Of a stretch of DNA of 64,000 bases, positions 61,520-64,000 are shown piece by piece. Each line of letters opens with the position of its first letter. Within the stretch, counting starts at the first letter, position 1. The translations under genes and the position numbers were made by a program. The notes under the pieces are model-generated. The model made no database searches. It saw only the letters and a program-made list of their open reading frames with translations, and was not told the origin of the DNA. The stretch is taken from the sequence record ON529852.1, one strand, 5' to 3'.

Positions 61520-61939
61520 CTATTCGACGCCCGTCGCCTCGACCTTCTCTGCGCGTTTGGGGGTCAGGCGCCGGTCCAGGAAGAACGCCCTGAAGCCGAG
61601 TTTGGACCGCATCAGTTGCAGGCCCAGCAGATCGAACTGGATATAGCCCCGGTCCTTGGTCAGCGCCTCCGACAGGCCGTAGTCTTCCACCGGTCCCGCC
61701 TGGTAGGCCCAGGCGAGGTTGAAGAGCCGGTTCGCGCCCAGCGAGACGGCGTAGACGCGCTGGCTCTGATCCCAGTTGATGTCGAAGCCGACCCCGAGCA
61801 GGCGGGCGCGACGGGTCCAGCGGGTCGCCGGCCGGGTCAGGCCGAGGAAGGGCGCCCAGTCATGGTGGTGGAAGGAGACCTTCAACCAGGGACGGCTGAT
61901 GCGGAAGGTTCCGGGAGCAGGGGCGGCGGGATGGGTCAT
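61520..61939 (-). CDS. hypothetical protein
   Basis: GGAGGA RBS. Confidence 0.7.
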   Translation of the reverse strand: MTHPAAPAPGTFRISRPWLKVSFHHHDWAPFLGLTRPATRWTRRARLLGVGFDINWDQSQRVYAVSLGANRLFNLAWAYQAGPVEDYGLSEALTKDRGYIQFDLLGLQLMRSKLGFRAFFLDRRLTPKRAEKVEATGVE

Positions 61940-61970
61940 CAGGTCCTCCTTGGATGTCGTCCCGACCGCC

Positions 61971-61996
61971 TTAAATCATTCCTTTACAGATGTCAA
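61971..61996 (-). promoter_or_regulatory. promoter with the conserved box inverted inside the spacer
   Basis: TTGACA-TCTGTAAAGGAATGATT-TAAGGC; ATTCCTTTAC reads on the + strand at 61978-61987. Confidence 0.7.
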
Positions 61997-62115
61997 CGCC
62001 GACGAAACCAGCGCTGGAACCAGGCCCAGTCGAACGTCACGGTTTTGCGGAAAGCTTCGTTGCGCGTGATCCAGGGGCCGAAACGTCGGGCGTTCCAGGG
62101 GTCGGGCAGGTGCAT
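61993..62115 (-). CDS. 40-aa Trp/Phe/Arg-rich peptide (not in ORF track)
   Basis: MHLPDPWNARRFGPWITRNEAFRKTVTFDWAWFQRWFRRR; GAGG RBS; stop inside the -35 box. Confidence 0.55.
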   Translation of the reverse strand: MHLPDPWNARRFGPWITRNEAFRKTVTFDWAWFQRWFRRR

Positions 62116-62180
62116 GACGGGCCTCGTAAACGACTAAGGCCGTCCACCTTAGTCCAGCGGACGGCCTCGTCTAGCCTCGA

Positions 62181-62669
62181 TCACGCAAACTCGAACCGAT
62201 CATGACAGGAACCCTGGCAATCCATCGGGGCCAGGTCCGCCAGGACGTCATAGACGGCGCGCACCCTGGGATCGCCTTCGGGTTCCAGCTTGACCCCATA
62301 CTTGGCCGCGACGGTGTAGGTGTCGTCGCCGACATCAATCTCCACCGACAGCGCCAGCTTGGTGTAGCGGCCGACGTATTCGCCGCGCGCCTTCTTGGCC
62401 TTGTCCCAACGGTCCAGATCAGCGATGACCCGGAACGCCTTGGCCTTCGCCAGGGCCATGCCCATCTGCGCCCAGTCCTCGTCGTCGAACAGGTCCGCCT
62501 CGGGCGGCACGAAGGCCTTGAACATCGCCTTGTATTGGTCGAACCGCTTGCGCGCACCGGGGTGGCCGCACATCATGGCGGTCGCCGCCGCCAGACCCAT
62601 CGCCTGCATCAGCATCGGCGCGTCGGTGACGTCGAACTCGATCGTTCGCTTGTTGCGGCTGTTGCTCAT
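62181..62669 (-). CDS. hypothetical protein
   Basis: Start moved to MSNSRN with GAGGAGGACCCG RBS. Confidence 0.7.
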   Translation of the reverse strand: MSNSRNKRTIEFDVTDAPMLMQAMGLAAATAMMCGHPGARKRFDQYKAMFKAFVPPEADLFDDEDWAQMGMALAKAKAFRVIADLDRWDKAKKARGEYVGRYTKLALSVEIDVGDDTYTVAAKYGVKLEPEGDPRVRAVYDVLADLAPMDCQGSCHDRFEFA

Positions 62670-62720
62670 CGGGTCCTCCTCAAGGTCGTCGCCGAGCATA
62701 AAGCACAGCCGACGACCTTT

Positions 62721-62746
62721 GTAAAGGAATGATCAGCGACGAAACG
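62721..62746 (-). promoter_or_regulatory. promoter repeat lacking the -35 hexamer
   Basis: CGTTTC-GTCGCTGATC-ATTCCTTTAC; spacer identical to the 11543 copy. Confidence 0.6.
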
Positions 62747-63410
62747 CCGGCAGTTGGACATAGCCCGGCGACGAGAACCCGGTTCCGGCCTGCGCCTCCA
62801 GCCACTGACGCGCGATCAACTGGTGCGTCGGCCAGCACAGTTCGAAATCGCTGTCGCGGTGCAGCACGGTCCAGTCGTACATCTCGCTGGTGTCTTGCAG
62901 CTTGTCGAAATCCTGCTGCGCCAGGGCGGTGTTGTTCTGCACGAAGACGAGCGACTGCGTGCCGCTGGTCGAGGGCAGGTCCCCCAGGGTGATGCAGGAG
63001 CGCGATTTCACTACGGCCAGGTCGACGCCGGTTTCTTCACGGAACTCGCGGCACGCGCCTTCCAGCGAGGTCTCGCCGATTTCCTGGAAACCGCCAGGGA
63101 GGGCGTAGCCGTGCTTGGCGGGCTCGATGCCCCGCTTGGCGACCGCCAGGCCCAGGCCGCCCGAAACGAGGACCGGTTGCAGCAGTAGAAGGACCGGACG
63201 CGGATTTTGCCAGTCGGTGGTGTTGCAGGCGTGGCAGTGAGGATGGGGCTGGGCGCGCTCGACCGCCAGGAAGGCGGCGCCGCAGGAGGAGCAGTGAGGA
63301 GGGTTCATTTGAGCCTTGGCGATGGAGGTGAGGCGGGCGCGCTCGCGGTTGGAGTAGGCGTCGGCGACTTCAATGATCTCGGCGACGATCGCCGCGCTGA
63401 GCAAGGTCAT
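62733..63410 (-). CDS. Nudix hydrolase with N-terminal zinc ribbon
   Basis: CSSCG...CHACN; YALPGGFQEIGETSLEGACREFREETGV Nudix box. Confidence 0.9.
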   Translation of the reverse strand: MTLLSAAIVAEIIEVADAYSNRERARLTSIAKAQMNPPHCSSCGAAFLAVERAQPHPHCHACNTTDWQNPRPVLLLLQPVLVSGGLGLAVAKRGIEPAKHGYALPGGFQEIGETSLEGACREFREETGVDLAVVKSRSCITLGDLPSTSGTQSLVFVQNNTALAQQDFDKLQDTSEMYDWTVLHRDSDFELCWPTHQLIARQWLEAQAGTGFSSPGYVQLPAFRR

Positions 63411-63721
63411 GGCAGCAGCTTGTAGTCGGAACCGCCGTTGGTGCTGCGGTTGCGGGGCGAGCAGACGGCGCCGCGCACGGGAACGCCGGCGCGCTTGGCG
63501 GTGAAGAAGAATCCTTCACGCTGGGGCGACCAGATGCTTTGCGCCGGGCGCGGCTCGCCCTCCGTGGCGCAGTCGAAGCCGCGCGGCTCCAGACGCACCT
63601 CCGTGAACCCCGCCAGACGGAGGGTCGCCGAGGCGCGGTTGCCGGCGAAGCCGCTTTCAGGCGGCAGGGTGCAGGAGGCCGCCAGCATCAGCAAGGTGGC
63701 GGCGAGGGTCAGTCGAAACAT
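63407..63721 (-). CDS. lipoprotein
   Basis: MFRLTLAATLLMLAASC lipobox; additional Cys pair. Confidence 0.75.
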   Translation of the reverse strand: MFRLTLAATLLMLAASCTLPPESGFAGNRASATLRLAGFTEVRLEPRGFDCATEGEPRPAQSIWSPQREGFFFTAKRAGVPVRGAVCSPRNRSTNGGSDYKLLP

Positions 63722-63972
63722 CAGTCGTCCTTGTTGTTTTTCAGCGCGGCGATGACCCGGTGGGTGATCTTGCGCCGCTCGCCGGCCGTTTCACTCAGGG
63801 CCTCCAGTTCGGCGATCGTTCGCCGTTCCGGCGTGGACAGCCAGTCGTTCAGGTCGACCGGGGCCGGGCTCATGTTGACGAAGGTCGGCGAGGCGCGCAG
63901 GCCCTGGATCAGGCCGTGAACCAGGGGTCGGTTGTGGCTGACCACGACCACGCCGTGGCAGGCGTCGTTCAT
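63721..63972 (-). CDS. hypothetical protein
   Basis: ORF in coupled chain. Confidence 0.6.
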   Translation of the reverse strand: MNDACHGVVVVSHNRPLVHGLIQGLRASPTFVNMSPAPVDLNDWLSTPERRTIAELEALSETAGERRKITHRVIAALKNNKDD

Positions 63973-64000
63973 GCCCCCGTCGGCTTCAGCCGTGCGGGCC

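Noticed and set aside
1-64000. tRNA, rRNA, tmRNA genes or a CRISPR array
   Set aside because: I saw no cloverleaf/TTCGA-arm pattern in non-coding DNA and no regularly spaced repeat-spacer array; the 26-bp repeats are dispersed and promoter-like. tRNAscan-SE and ARAGORN were not run.
1-64000. Stop-codon reassignment (alternative genetic code)
   Set aside because: Known enzymes are full length in the standard code and end at TGA, TAG or TAA with normal overlaps.

Overview
The window looks like a 64-kb segment of the early/accessory region of a large, GC-rich tailed phage of Caulobacterales (phiCbK-like, Caulobacter/Brevundimonas jumbo-phage type). The host assignment is inferred from the gcrA-like, hfa-like and alphaproteobacterial-type serS and cca genes. 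About 130 short genes lie on the minus strand, tightly coupled by ATGA/GTGA/TTGA overlaps. Most are hypothetical; the long plus-strand ORFs are shadows. Recognisable genes include a tRNA/translation toolkit (SerRS, CCA-adding enzyme, Thg1-like, Pth2, divergent RlmN-like radical SAM), CoaD, a PRTase+HAD pair, a 5'-nucleotidase, Nudix, HNH, DUF262, a ferritin-like protein, XRE/RHH regulators and a truncated GcrA. A conserved 26-bp promoter-like repeat, with a GACGAC/GGAGG leader, divides the region into modules. The strongest candidates for undescribed biology are: (1) a helical protein followed by a ~270-nt structured non-coding RNA (41.3-42.2 kb); (2) a major-capsid-protein paralog carrying a twin-arginine export signal, next to a second Tat-signal protein; (3) a self-contained hfaA-hfaB-hfaD/curli-like secretion and amyloid-repeat operon; (4) a 54-bp structured repeat with compensatory changes, fixed 8 bp upstream of two promoters. 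All family calls come from motifs recognised by eye; no database search was run.
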